Shown here: one piece after another, positions 18,785 through 28,504 of the stretch | How positions within the stretch are numbered: position 1 is the first letter of the stretch | How the letters are laid out: each line of letters begins with the position of its first letter | DNA from: Candidatus Aenigmatarchaeota archaeon | GTDB taxonomy: Archaea > Aenigmatarchaeota > Aenigmatarchaeia > GW2011-AR5 | Reading direction: 5' to 3' | Length of the DNA stretch: 64,000 bases | Assembly (NCBI GenBank): GCA_016198685.1 | Contig: JACQID010000006.1 | Location: forward strand, 211,111 to 275,110 | Notes under the pieces: generated by a model | Told to the model about the DNA's origin: nothing | Seen by the model: the letters and a program-made list of their open reading frames with translations, nothing else | Databases searched by the model: none | Translations under genes and position numbers: made by a program

Positions 18785-19832
18785 ATGCGTAAAGTGTAAA
18801 AAGAAATATGAAGAATCGATAAAAACTGTTACTTGTATCCACAATAAATATTACGATTATCTTGAGTACAAGAATGTAGCGCCGGCAAAAAATACAGTGA
18901 CTCTGGGGCAAGGCAATACCCCCATGGTAAAATTAAAAAAGACGGGAGCTATGATTGGATGCCAAGAATTATATGTTAAGGACGAGAGTAAGAATCCGAC
19001 AGGCTCATTCAAGGATAGGGAGAGTGCTGTATTGATAGACAAGGCGGTTGATTTTGGTATAAAGGATGTTTTTGCAATATCGTCCGGCAATGCCGCAATA
19101 TCCCTTTCAGCATACGCAAAGGTGGCTGGAATACGTTGCACATGCTATATCCCCGATCATGCATCCGAAGGTAAAAAGAAAATGATACAGCTTTTTGGAG
19201 GAAAAATAGTGGAAATGGCAGGAACATATGAAGTGGTTTATAGAAAAATTCTGGACGAAAATATTCCGGGGTGGAATTGCACCTTAAACCCGTTCAAATC
19301 CGCAGGAAGCAAAAAAATCGCTTGGGAAATATACGAAAAGGTAGGGATGCCGGATAAGATTATCGTTCCGTGCGGTAATGGATCTAATCTTGCAGGCATA
19401 TGGTCAGGCTTCAAGGAAATCGCGCAGATGAAAAAAATCGCGAAGCTTCCACAAATGATAGGAGTGCAGGTCGAAGGAGCTTCGCCGCTCAAAAGCGCCA
19501 TGGAAAGTGGAAATGATTATGAGATTTTAAGCAACATTGCTGATTCCGTTGCTGAAGGTATCGTAGCAACCGAATCGTACTCTTCGCCAAAAGCATTGCG
19601 TGCATTGAAGGAATCAAAGGGTTCTGTATTAGAGGTGAATGAACGTGAGATAAAGAGCGCCTTAAGGCATATGTTAATTGAGGAATCCTTGGTAATGGAG
19701 CCTACGTCTGCAGCTGCATTTGCAGCCGTCTGGAAGCTCAACATTTCCGGTAAAAAAGTCATAGTTTTGCTGACGTCTAGTGGGACAAATACTCTTTCTG
19801 AGATATCGGATATTGTTTTGGGTTCGCGCTGA
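18765..19832 (+). CDS. thrC: Threonine-synthase-like fold-type II PLP enzyme
   Basis: KDESKNPTGSFKDR (PLP Lys), SSGNAA, VPCGNGSNL, EPTSAAAFA. Confidence 0.8.
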   Translation: MMQGYLECVKCKKKYEESIKTVTCIHNKYYDYLEYKNVAPAKNTVTLGQGNTPMVKLKKTGAMIGCQELYVKDESKNPTGSFKDRESAVLIDKAVDFGIKDVFAISSGNAAISLSAYAKVAGIRCTCYIPDHASEGKKKMIQLFGGKIVEMAGTYEVVYRKILDENIPGWNCTLNPFKSAGSKKIAWEIYEKVGMPDKIIVPCGNGSNLAGIWSGFKEIAQMKKIAKLPQMIGVQVEGASPLKSAMESGNDYEILSNIADSVAEGIVATESYSSPKALRALKESKGSVLEVNEREIKSALRHMLIEESLVMEPTSAAAFAAVWKLNISGKKVIVLLTSSGTNTLSEISDIVLGSR

Positions 19833-19865
19833 TAATATTAAAAACACTGCCAAAGAAGTGATACC

Positions 19866-21527
19866 ATGACGCTCGAGAAATTCCGGGAAGAGTCGAGGCA
19901 AATAGCAGGCAATTACAATACGCTTTTGGAAACGCCTCCAAAGGAAATAAAGGCGGATTTGGCCATGCCGTGCTTCTCGCTTGCAAGGGAACTTCGCAAA
20001 GCGCCGCAGGAAATAGCCGTTTCGCTCGCAAAAGAATTTTCAAAAAACAAATTTACCTTGATAAAAGAAATCAAGGCTGAAGGGTCATATGTGAATTTTT
20101 ACGCCAACTGGGACAAGCTATCGGAAGAAATAATAACAAGTGCGTCCGAAAAAGAGTATGGCAAAGGAAATGCAATGGGCAAGGTTATTGTGGAGTTTGC
20201 GCATCCGAATACGCACAAGCTCTTCCATATAGGGCACTTAAGGAACATAATTACCGGCGAATCCGTAGCGCGAATGCTAGAGTATTCGGGCGTGAAAGTC
20301 ATACGGGCAAACTACCAGGGAGACGTGGGCTTGCATATAGCAAAATGTTTGTGGGCCATTGGCAAGGAAGACGTAAAAAAAATAAAGAATCTTGACGATA
20401 AGATACGGTTCCTTGGCAAGGCTTATGCAAAAGGCAGCAAGTCATACGAAGAAGATGAAAACGCGAAAAAAGAAATAATAGAGATCAATGCGAAAATATA
20501 CAAGAAAGACCCGGGCATAATGAAGCTCTGGCAGGAAACCCGCCAGTGGAGCCTGGATTATTTTGCAAGAATATATGCGAGGGTCTATACAAGATATGAC
20601 AGGCTGTTTTTCGAATCCGAAGTTGCTGGAAAAGGCCTCAAGATATCCCAGCATGCGCTGAAGAAAGGGATACTCAAAGAGAGCGATGGCGCGGTAATAT
20701 TTGACGGCGAATCGCATGGTCTTGATAAGCGCGTATTCATAAACAGCCTGGGCTTTCCGACATATGAAGCCAAAGAGCTTGCCCTCGCCGAGCTAGAATT
20801 TACCGAGTTTGGGAAAATAGACAAGTGCATACATGTAGTCGGGCCTGAACAGGCCAGCTTCTTTAAGGTGACGTTCAAGGTCGAAGAGCTCCTCGATCAG
20901 AAATACAAGGATAAACAGTTTCATCTGGCTTATGGCTGGGTAAAATTACGGGACGGCAAGATGTCCTCACGGCTCGGCAACGTCATAGAAGGCGAGTGGC
21001 TGCTTCAAGAGCTCAAGAAGGCCATACTAGGGAATTATGTTGCAAAAGAGGATCACGATGAAAAGCTCAAGGAAGAGATAGCGGAGGCGGGCGCAATCGG
21101 GGCGGCAAAGTATTATTTCCTCAAGTACGGGACTGCATCCGAAATTTCCTTTGACATAAAGGAAGCGGCGTCGCTTGAAGGTGATACAGGCCCGTACCTG
21201 CAGTATACTCATGCACGGGCTGCATCTGTCCTGAGAAAATCAGAGAAGACGCCACAACCAGGACCGGTTTCGGAGAATGAGACAGAGCTTGCGCGCAAGC
21301 TTGCGGAATTCCCGGAGTCTGCCCGGAAAGCTGCAGAAGAATTGAAGCCGAACATCGTGGCAAATTATGTTTTTGAACTCGCATCGATGTTCAATGCCTA
21401 TTATCATGAAGAGAAAATAATAGGATCGCAAAACGAGGCCCAGAAACTTGCATTGGTCGGAGCTGTCAAGAACGTTATAGGAATTTCCCTAAATCTTCTG
21501 GGGATAAAGCCGCTCGAAAAGATGTAA
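19866..21527 (+). CDS. argS: Arginyl-tRNA synthetase
   Basis: HIGH (FHIGHLRN), KMSSR, GPYLQYTHARAASVLRK. Confidence 0.97.
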   Translation: MTLEKFREESRQIAGNYNTLLETPPKEIKADLAMPCFSLARELRKAPQEIAVSLAKEFSKNKFTLIKEIKAEGSYVNFYANWDKLSEEIITSASEKEYGKGNAMGKVIVEFAHPNTHKLFHIGHLRNIITGESVARMLEYSGVKVIRANYQGDVGLHIAKCLWAIGKEDVKKIKNLDDKIRFLGKAYAKGSKSYEEDENAKKEIIEINAKIYKKDPGIMKLWQETRQWSLDYFARIYARVYTRYDRLFFESEVAGKGLKISQHALKKGILKESDGAVIFDGESHGLDKRVFINSLGFPTYEAKELALAELEFTEFGKIDKCIHVVGPEQASFFKVTFKVEELLDQKYKDKQFHLAYGWVKLRDGKMSSRLGNVIEGEWLLQELKKAILGNYVAKEDHDEKLKEEIAEAGAIGAAKYYFLKYGTASEISFDIKEAASLEGDTGPYLQYTHARAASVLRKSEKTPQPGPVSENETELARKLAEFPESARKAAEELKPNIVANYVFELASMFNAYYHEEKIIGSQNEAQKLALVGAVKNVIGISLNLLGIKPLEKM

Positions 21528-22013
21528 TCAGGGTATTTTTCTCACAGTTCTTTCCACTAAATCGAAAAGAAAAGCTTGACCCCTTCCAATGCGATCCAAT
21601 AGGCCATTTATGGCTAATTCAGCTCTCAGATAAAAAGTGGCAAAATCTTCGCATACATCCTCATGAGAAATGACTACAACGGCATCGGCGTTGCGCCCCC
21701 TGCTTTCTATATTGCTCATCAAACGACGCTGGTAACTAACGTTTCCTTCGGTGTAACCCTCGTTAATGCCCTGGCTTCCAGCAAGATAATCGAGCGTCTC
21801 AACGGAAGACGCACCGAGTTCCCCAGCTACTATTCTTGCGGTCTCTTGTGCTCTTCCAAGGGGCGATGTGATCAAGCGAATGCTGCCTTCGCCTATCTGA
21901 TTCTTTAGATATACGCCAAGAGCTTGGGCCTGTTCAACGCCCAGTTCGCTTAATCCGGACTCGTAATTTCTCGAGAGCGGGTCGCCGTGCCTCGCAATTG
22001 CAACATACCTCAT
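21528..22013 (-). CDS. Histidine phosphatase (SixA/PGM-like)
   Basis: ARHG, TSPLGRAQET, ISHE. Confidence 0.85.
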   Translation of the reverse strand: MRYVAIARHGDPLSRNYESGLSELGVEQAQALGVYLKNQIGEGSIRLITSPLGRAQETARIVAGELGASSVETLDYLAGSQGINEGYTEGNVSYQRRLMSNIESRGRNADAVVVISHEDVCEDFATFYLRAELAINGLLDRIGRGQAFLFDLVERTVRKIP

Positions 22014-22115
22014 GATTTAAGAAAGGGCTAAAAGCTTTAATTCATTGGCAGATTCAGCCTGCGGATGAATTGTTCTCCTGCAAGATTGGATGCCGTGAAA
22101 GGACGAAAAGATTTT

Positions 22116-22574
22116 TCATGCCCGTCCCATGAATTCCGTTGTGCCGTCAGGGCGCACAAAAATAGCGTGCCCCCTTCTCAATTCAGGATGCGGTATTACA
22201 AGGCCGTATTTGCTACGCACATAAAAAGGCGGCAATGCGCTGGAAACTGCCTTGTGGGTTACCACAACTACATTATCTGCCATGTGAACAGCTTCGTCAA
22301 CGCGGCCAATAATTGCGTTCAACGGTATTCTACCCGATGTATATTCGCGGAGCATAGGATCAGTTTCCACATATGCATCGCCCAAGAGATCCGCCAATCT
22401 TTCCGCGCTGTTTTGGGACATGGGACTGCCGGCGGTGAGTATATAGAAGCATCCGGCCTGTCCCGATTCCTTTATCCTGCAGCCAAGATAATCGATTTGC
22501 TCTGCGCCGTATGTATTCAGGCTGCCATCTTCTTGATGATAATTGCCGTGCCTTGCAATGAAAAGATTTGGCAT
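22116..22574 (-). CDS. Histidine phosphatase paralogue, partly degenerate
   Basis: ARHG and VTHK present; SPxxRA replaced by AGSPMSQNS. Confidence 0.75.
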   Translation of the reverse strand: MPNLFIARHGNYHQEDGSLNTYGAEQIDYLGCRIKESGQAGCFYILTAGSPMSQNSAERLADLLGDAYVETDPMLREYTSGRIPLNAIIGRVDEAVHMADNVVVVTHKAVSSALPPFYVRSKYGLVIPHPELRRGHAIFVRPDGTTEFMGRA

Positions 22575-22597
22575 GACGTCTTTACATCAGAAAATTA

Positions 22598-23110
22598 TTA
22601 ATTTGTTTTTCTGGCCAGAATAACGTATTCTTTTTCCTTGCCGTGGATTTCAAATTCAAATATTATCTGAAAATCAGTGAGAAGAGAACGAAGCAGGTTC
22701 CTCCTCTCTTCATAGACGCCATGCGAAAAGAAGACAGACAAAAGTGCCAGTCCTCCGGGCTTCAATACCCTGGCGAAATCCGTGTCTTTCACGAGATGCA
22801 TCGTATCAACAGACACCACTGCATCAAAGCGACCGTTCTTGAAAGGAAGAAACTTTGCGTCGCCAATTACCAGAGTTTCCTTGTCGACTTTTTTCATGAA
22901 ATCCTTGCGGATGTCCAAAGAGACAACGTTTTTGACGTCAAATTCCTTGCTGACAAGAAAACGCTCCAAATAGCCGGAACCGGATCCTATATCCAGAACC
23001 CGTTTTTCGAGTATGGATGAGAAAAAGTCCCTTCCCATGATGCGCAGGAACTCGTCGTATTTTTCCCATTGAACATCCTGCCATGAATCATAAACCTGAG
23101 GCGTGAACAT
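22598..23110 (-). CDS. Class I SAM-dependent methyltransferase
   Basis: VLDIGSGSG, GDAKFLPFKNGRFDAV, RVLKPGG. Confidence 0.9.
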   Translation of the reverse strand: MFTPQVYDSWQDVQWEKYDEFLRIMGRDFFSSILEKRVLDIGSGSGYLERFLVSKEFDVKNVVSLDIRKDFMKKVDKETLVIGDAKFLPFKNGRFDAVVSVDTMHLVKDTDFARVLKPGGLALLSVFFSHGVYEERRNLLRSLLTDFQIIFEFEIHGKEKEYVILARKTN

Positions 23111-23115
23111 CGTTA

Positions 23116-23589
23116 TTAATTGCGCTCCAATGAATTAAATCTTTGCATTATGGTTGCGATGCGTTTTTCCTTGAGTACGCCCTCTTCGGCCGATACATCG
23201 TAAGAATTGACAGAAAGTGCAGAGGATATGATACTCACTGTCCATACAGGAACGCCGGCTTTCATGGCAAGCGTGAGAAGCGTTTGCACAGGAGGCATGC
23301 TATAATCTGCAACTGCAATCTGCACTGCTTTCTCAGGGGATATTTTTACGGTGGCGATGTCGAGCTTTTCCAGCTTGCTCAAGGCAGGCGTTTCCGCTTC
23401 GACTTCCACTGTGCCGTTCTCATGAACAGTGCAGTTTACTGTCGTATGGGTTTTAGGATTATAAAAATGGAGGGTCCATTCGCCTATGCTTTCGTGCACA
23501 GAAGCGAACAAGGAGCCCAGGAAATAATTTTCAAGGCGTTTGGTCTTTTCGCTTTCCCCGGCTATCTTTACGGCCTTGGAGAAAAGCAT
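23116..23589 (-). CDS. Hypothetical protein, PepSY-like C-terminal segment
   Basis: ISPEKAVQIA...VWTVS...YDVSAEEG pattern. Confidence 0.55.
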   Translation of the reverse strand: MLFSKAVKIAGESEKTKRLENYFLGSLFASVHESIGEWTLHFYNPKTHTTVNCTVHENGTVEVEAETPALSKLEKLDIATVKISPEKAVQIAVADYSMPPVQTLLTLAMKAGVPVWTVSIISSALSVNSYDVSAEEGVLKEKRIATIMQRFNSLERN

Positions 23590-23590
23590 C

Positions 23591-23818
23591 TTACACCTTC
23601 TTCAGTTTTTCAGCAACGAAGTTTATAACAGCTTCGTCTACGGGTATAGCGAAGGACTTATTGTATCTTCTTTCGCCTTCCTTCGTGAAGAAGCCTCTGC
23701 TTAGCGATATGAAAACATTTTCGCCTTCTTCAGTCTTGGCTTTCTTCCTGGCGACTTCCAGAAACTTGTTCTCGCCAAATTTTATTTCCTCGGATGTTAT
23801 GGTTTCAAATTCTACCAT
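23591..23818 (-). CDS. Small protein, possible PC4/PUR-like ssDNA/RNA-binding fold
   Basis: Beta-hairpin pattern FLEVARK..FISLSRGFF..KSFAIP then a helix; GGAGGT SD upstream. Confidence 0.55.
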   Translation of the reverse strand: MVEFETITSEEIKFGENKFLEVARKKAKTEEGENVFISLSRGFFTKEGERRYNKSFAIPVDEAVINFVAEKLKKV

Positions 23819-23895
23819 TTGTGCCTTACCTCCTTGTGTTTTGTTTGCTGAAAATTAGAGGGCATCGACTTATTTAAAGATATTTCATTGCCATC

Positions 23896-25344
23896 CTAAA
23901 AAACTATTTCAATGTCTGAAAGCTTGCCGTCCTTGAACAAACGAATAAGATGATTGTTCGTATCCGCTATCAAAAGAGCATCGCCAAGGCTAATTACATC
24001 ATTGGGTTCATAAAGCGGAAGGTAATCGCATTCCGTATCGCCTATAGTGCAAATCTTGGAGGTTTTTCTTCCTATTAAAGCAGACACAGTTCGGGTTCTA
24101 AGGTCAGCTTCCCTGATTGCGTGGTTGTAGGTGTCGGCGATATACACCTTTCCGTTGGAATAATCAACTCCAAGTGGATGCTGCAAAAGAGCCTTGTCAA
24201 ATTGTCCGTCGGCAAAGCCGAACACAAACAGGCCTTTTCCTATCAATGTTTCGACAACTCCGGATGAAAAATGGACGCGACGCAAGGCGGATACCTCGCT
24301 GTCAACAAAATACAGGAATTCTCCGTCAGTTGCAAGACCCGATGGCTGTGCAAGGAAGGCAGAATGTCTTGGCCCGTCGATTATGTTCTCGGCCGAAGTT
24401 CCGGCGTAAGATACAAGCTGCCGGGTTCTTGTATCCATTTCCCATATCTGGTGGGAGCCTGCCATGGCTATATAGAGTTTGTTATTGCGAAACAGGACAT
24501 CCCAAGGAGAATTGAGTTTCCCTTTGTGCGGCTCGCCCTTCGATTGTTCGCCGGTGCCGGCAATCGTTTCAACCGTTTTTCTCTTCAAGTCTATGAGTCT
24601 TATTGCATGATTCTCAGTATCTGCGACGTATATACGGTCATCGGCGATCGCAACTCCCTGCGGCCTGCTGAACATGGCATTGGCAAAGCTTCCATCCATG
24701 AGGCCTCCTGCGATAGAACCTATTTCGTATAGGACTTTTGCTTTTGTGCCGTGCAATTCCGTGACAAGAATTCGGTTATGGTTAGAATCTGCTATCGCAA
24801 GAATGCCGTCTTTATAATCAATTTTTCCGGGGAATGAAAGAACACGTTTCGTTTCTTTTGGGCTAGAAGTTATTGAAATCTTCTCGGCGGCGATATCCCT
24901 TCTTTTGAGAAGTGCGGTTATCATGACATCGATGTCCTGCAATTGGCCCTCTCCCGATCGTTTATATGCAATTTTCCCATCAGGCCCTATTATTACTATT
25001 GTAGGCCATGCAGTAACCCTGTAAGCATTCCATATATGGTGATCTTTGTCCACGATGACCGGATGCGTTATTTCGTACCTTTCGACTGCCGACTGTATGT
25101 TATTCACATCATTTTCGTTTTCGAATTTTGCGGAATGGACGCCTATGAACACAACCGGTTGCCCGGCATAATCTTCTTCGAGCATCTTAAGGTCCGGTAA
25201 CACATGGATGCAATTGATGCAGCAGTAAGTCCAGAAGTCAAGGACCACGACATGGCCTTTGAGGGCTTTCATGCTGAGAGGCCTATCACTATTGAGCCAC
25301 TCGCCTGTTGCGGGAAATTCCGTAGCGGAAGAAGAAAACAACAT
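23896..25344 (-). CDS. Thioredoxin-like + NHL-repeat protein (NHLRC2-like)
   Basis: DFWTYCCINC; repeated ADxxNHxI and PxG motifs. Confidence 0.9.
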   Translation of the reverse strand: MLFSSSATEFPATGEWLNSDRPLSMKALKGHVVVLDFWTYCCINCIHVLPDLKMLEEDYAGQPVVFIGVHSAKFENENDVNNIQSAVERYEITHPVIVDKDHHIWNAYRVTAWPTIVIIGPDGKIAYKRSGEGQLQDIDVMITALLKRRDIAAEKISITSSPKETKRVLSFPGKIDYKDGILAIADSNHNRILVTELHGTKAKVLYEIGSIAGGLMDGSFANAMFSRPQGVAIADDRIYVADTENHAIRLIDLKRKTVETIAGTGEQSKGEPHKGKLNSPWDVLFRNNKLYIAMAGSHQIWEMDTRTRQLVSYAGTSAENIIDGPRHSAFLAQPSGLATDGEFLYFVDSEVSALRRVHFSSGVVETLIGKGLFVFGFADGQFDKALLQHPLGVDYSNGKVYIADTYNHAIREADLRTRTVSALIGRKTSKICTIGDTECDYLPLYEPNDVISLGDALLIADTNNHLIRLFKDGKLSDIEIVF

Positions 25345-25404
25345 ATAGATTTTAGATACGACAGTGCAATAATAAATACCTTTCTGATCGAATATCTGAG
25401 AATT

Positions 25405-25722
25405 ATGTACATTATCGGCGGGAACGTAAATGCATCAGAACCTTTTCAGGCCGCCTTAGAAAGATGCGCCGACGGTTCGCTTTCGGGCATCTTAGAAACG
25501 CTCTCAGGAAGATATCCTGCACAGGTTGTGTCAGGCAGACATGGCGAAATGATGACTGCAGGCCCTCTCACTTTCAGACTTGAAACGCTATGGATGACAA
25601 CGCAAAAACTAACGCAAGTTTTAGGACGATGTTTCTACAATGGGCGGGTTGTTGGAGATATCAATGCCTATATCGAAGAAAGGCCTGCCGGTACAAGACT
25701 TCATTCATTGTACATGGATTAA
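25405..25722 (+). CDS. Hypothetical protein
   Basis: Non-overlapping part of ORF 25204-25722, from MYIIGG. Confidence 0.5.
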   Translation: MYIIGGNVNASEPFQAALERCADGSLSGILETLSGRYPAQVVSGRHGEMMTAGPLTFRLETLWMTTQKLTQVLGRCFYNGRVVGDINAYIEERPAGTRLHSLYMD

Positions 25723-26864
25723 ATAAAATCCTTCACGCTTTTCTGGCGCAATATAACGCTTCTTTTCAGGTATTCTGCCAAAGGCAGGCGTATTCTTGCT
25801 TTAATATATTCAAGCGCTTCTGTTTTCGATGCAAATCGTTTAGCTATGGAGTTGAATGCATTGCGGATCGTTTCCCGGACCAGCCAGACGCCAATCGGCA
25901 CGGTATAGCCTCCGCCTATTTCCCGGAACACGACGGCCTTGCACTGCTTTTTCATGGCATGAACCGCTTCAGTGACTCCGATGCGCGAAGCATAGTATCC
26001 TCCGGCTTCAGTGCTTGCGTAATCCTTGCGTCCGGAGAACGGCTCGTACTCGGCTGCTATTTCCACGGCATCGGAAAATGACCAGTTGCTGCCAGGATGC
26101 CATGCCTCGAAGTTTTCAAATTCCCAAGTGCCTGGCATCAGAAGAATGACAAAATGGTTGTCCATATATTCCGATTCGTAGACAAGGCATTCTTCAATTT
26201 CTGGAAACAATCGGATTTCCTTCATAAGGTGTTTTGCAATTATGTCATCTGATGCGGTAATGGACCAGCGTGTCGGAACCATTTTTTTTGATATGCCGAG
26301 AATTCCCGAGGAAAGTATATTGGTAAGCTTGTAGACATCGACTCCGGATTTGTAAAGAAGAAAGCTTGCATCAGCGGCTTTCAGGTCATCGGAAACTATG
26401 CTGTCGACTTTTCTGGAAATCTTGGGATTCTGCGCAAGCCTCATGCTTTCTATTGTCACGGATGGCCCCATCGGCTGAACGTAAGATGAAATCGTCATCC
26501 TATAGCCGGGCTTGTTTCGGAACCCAAGCTCGACATCAGTAGGAGAGGAAGCGAGTGCAAGCTCTTGATTATACTCAAGGAATTTTGACGGAGCATGGAC
26601 TGAATGTCTGTATTTGCTCCGAAGAAGCGATGATCGCAGTTTTATTATGTCGTAATAGCCTTTCCCGAACCATTGGCCGGGATTATCCTGCGCAGATGAA
26701 TATTCCATGGATGCAAGAGGACCGACAAATACATCCGGGTATCCCTGTCTTCCTACAAATATGGAAGATGACGGGCCGAAGAATGAATCGCCCATTTCCT
26801 GCAAGGCGCTTTTTATGGCAAGAGAAACGAAGACCGGCGGCGCGGTCCTTGACCTGACATTCAT
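25719..26864 (-). CDS. nreA: Nre-family archaeal DNA repair protein
   Basis: SIFVGRQGYPDVFVGP, MVPTRWSITASDD, GGYYASR; C-terminal PIP-like QKSVKDFI. Confidence 0.9.
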   Translation of the reverse strand: MNVRSRTAPPVFVSLAIKSALQEMGDSFFGPSSSIFVGRQGYPDVFVGPLASMEYSSAQDNPGQWFGKGYYDIIKLRSSLLRSKYRHSVHAPSKFLEYNQELALASSPTDVELGFRNKPGYRMTISSYVQPMGPSVTIESMRLAQNPKISRKVDSIVSDDLKAADASFLLYKSGVDVYKLTNILSSGILGISKKMVPTRWSITASDDIIAKHLMKEIRLFPEIEECLVYESEYMDNHFVILLMPGTWEFENFEAWHPGSNWSFSDAVEIAAEYEPFSGRKDYASTEAGGYYASRIGVTEAVHAMKKQCKAVVFREIGGGYTVPIGVWLVRETIRNAFNSIAKRFASKTEALEYIKARIRLPLAEYLKRSVILRQKSVKDFI

Positions 26865-26932
26865 GAATCAATTTGGATTTAATCTATAAAGCGCTTGCCC
26901 GGAGCGAAGGGAATGTGGAGAAAGTAACGGCG

Positions 26933-27187
26933 CTATTTCTTAACAGATGCGCTTTTTTTGGCATGCTTGCTCCATTTAAGGTCCTCGTATTCTATCCATG
27001 CCATGACAAAGCCGATGAATATCAGTCCCATCCCGAATAAACCGGAGAATAACACGGCAAAAGCGTATGTAGGTCTTATGTGAAATATCGGGTCGCCTGA
27101 AAAATGACCAAGAATGGGACCAACATACCAGTATAGACCTGCGGCAAAAAGAATCATGCCGATCAGAATCTTGGCTGCGGAATGCAT
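26933..27187 (-). CDS. Small two-TM membrane protein
   Basis: 84 aa, two hydrophobic helices, basic tail. Confidence 0.7.
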   Translation of the reverse strand: MHSAAKILIGMILFAAGLYWYVGPILGHFSGDPIFHIRPTYAFAVLFSGLFGMGLIFIGFVMAWIEYEDLKWSKHAKKSASVKK

Positions 27188-27244
27188 ATTATGCTATAGA
27201 AAGTTAGTTTTATATTCTTTACCCGGCTACTTAATGGTGATATT

Positions 27245-27781
27245 ATGAGCCTTTATTCATCGCTTAGAGAGATGTGGAAAAAGCCTAAAGACATATACAA
27301 GTCTTCAGTCAGAAGCATGAAAGATGAAAGCTTTGAACGCATAGAAAGACCGACAAGGCTCGATCGGGCAAGAGCTTTGGGGTACAAGGCCAAGCAGGGT
27401 TATGTTATAATCAAGGCAAAAATAGGAAAAGGCGGGCGAGTAAGACCAAGAGCCAGAAAAGGCAGAAAGCCCTCTAAAATGGGTACATTCTTCACGCCTA
27501 AGCACAGTGCACAGGCTATTCTCGAAAGAAGAGCAGTCAGGAAATACCCGAATATGGAAGTTTTGAACTCTTATTATGCCGGCGAAACCGGAATGCACAA
27601 GTTCTATGAAATTATACTCGTTGACAGAAGCCATCCTGTGATAAAGAATGACAAACACATCAGCTGGATCACGTCGCAAAGAAGAAGAGCTTTCCGTGGC
27701 CTGACATCGCAGGGCAAGAAGGGCAAGAGAGGCAAGCAATACCCCAAGCCTTCTGAATTGGGAATAAGCAGAAAAGTTTAG
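27245..27781 (+). CDS. rpl15e: 50S ribosomal protein L15e
   Basis: RPTRLDRARALGYKAKQG, NSYY, RRAFRGLTS. Confidence 0.96.
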   Translation: MSLYSSLREMWKKPKDIYKSSVRSMKDESFERIERPTRLDRARALGYKAKQGYVIIKAKIGKGGRVRPRARKGRKPSKMGTFFTPKHSAQAILERRAVRKYPNMEVLNSYYAGETGMHKFYEIILVDRSHPVIKNDKHISWITSQRRRAFRGLTSQGKKGKRGKQYPKPSELGISRKV

Positions 27782-27826
27782 GCCCTTTTTTAAGCTTCCT
27801 TAACTACTTTTATCAGGCGTAGGTTA

Positions 27827-28504
27827 ATGGACTATTATGACTTGCACACGCATTCGTCCCTTACCATAGGAGAGAACACGACAGATGAAATGCTAGCCAT
27901 GGCTCGGAAACTTGGTTTACGCGGGATAGGAATTTCCGGGCTTCGCGAAAAGCCGGCTTCAGAATTGGATATAATCTCATGTTATATTATAGAAGCAAAA
28001 AACCCGCAGCAGCTCATGGAAGAGGCAAGGAAATACAGGGATTCATACGAAGTTCTGATGGTTTCGGGCGGCAATTACGAGGTCAATAGGGCAGCTTGCG
28101 AGAATCCCATGATAGACATTTTGTGCCATCCTGGAAAGGGCAGAAAAGATTCAGGCCTGGATCATATATGCGTGAAGGCTGCGAAGGAAAATAACGTTGC
28201 CATAGAAATAAATTTCCGGGAAATTCTGGATAATTACAGGAAAAGACGCGTCAGAATACTCGAAGGAATAAGGAGAAACGTTTTGCTCTGCCGAAAGTTT
28301 GGAGCCCCTATGGTGGCGTTTTCAGGCGCAGTAACAAAATGGGGAATGCGCGCAGGCAGGGAACTGGCCGCAGTTGCAGCCATTGCAGGCATGGAACTGC
28401 CTGATGCCATAGCGAGCGTGAGCGTCATACCGCAGCAGATAGTCGCAAATAACAGGGAGAGGCTTTCCGGAAAGAAATGGCAGGGGGTAGTTATCCATGA
28501 ATGA
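27827..28504 (+). CDS. rnp3: RNase P protein Rpp30
   Basis: PHP-like YDLHTH; NRAACE, DHICVKAA, AIEINF. Confidence 0.9.
   Translation: MDYYDLHTHSSLTIGENTTDEMLAMARKLGLRGIGISGLREKPASELDIISCYIIEAKNPQQLMEEARKYRDSYEVLMVSGGNYEVNRAACENPMIDILCHPGKGRKDSGLDHICVKAAKENNVAIEINFREILDNYRKRRVRILEGIRRNVLLCRKFGAPMVAFSGAVTKWGMRAGRELAAVAAIAGMELPDAIASVSVIPQQIVANNRERLSGKKWQGVVIHE

Noticed and set aside
25204-25404. 5' part of ORF 25204-25722
   Set aside because: Antisense shadow of the thioredoxin motif of the NHL gene
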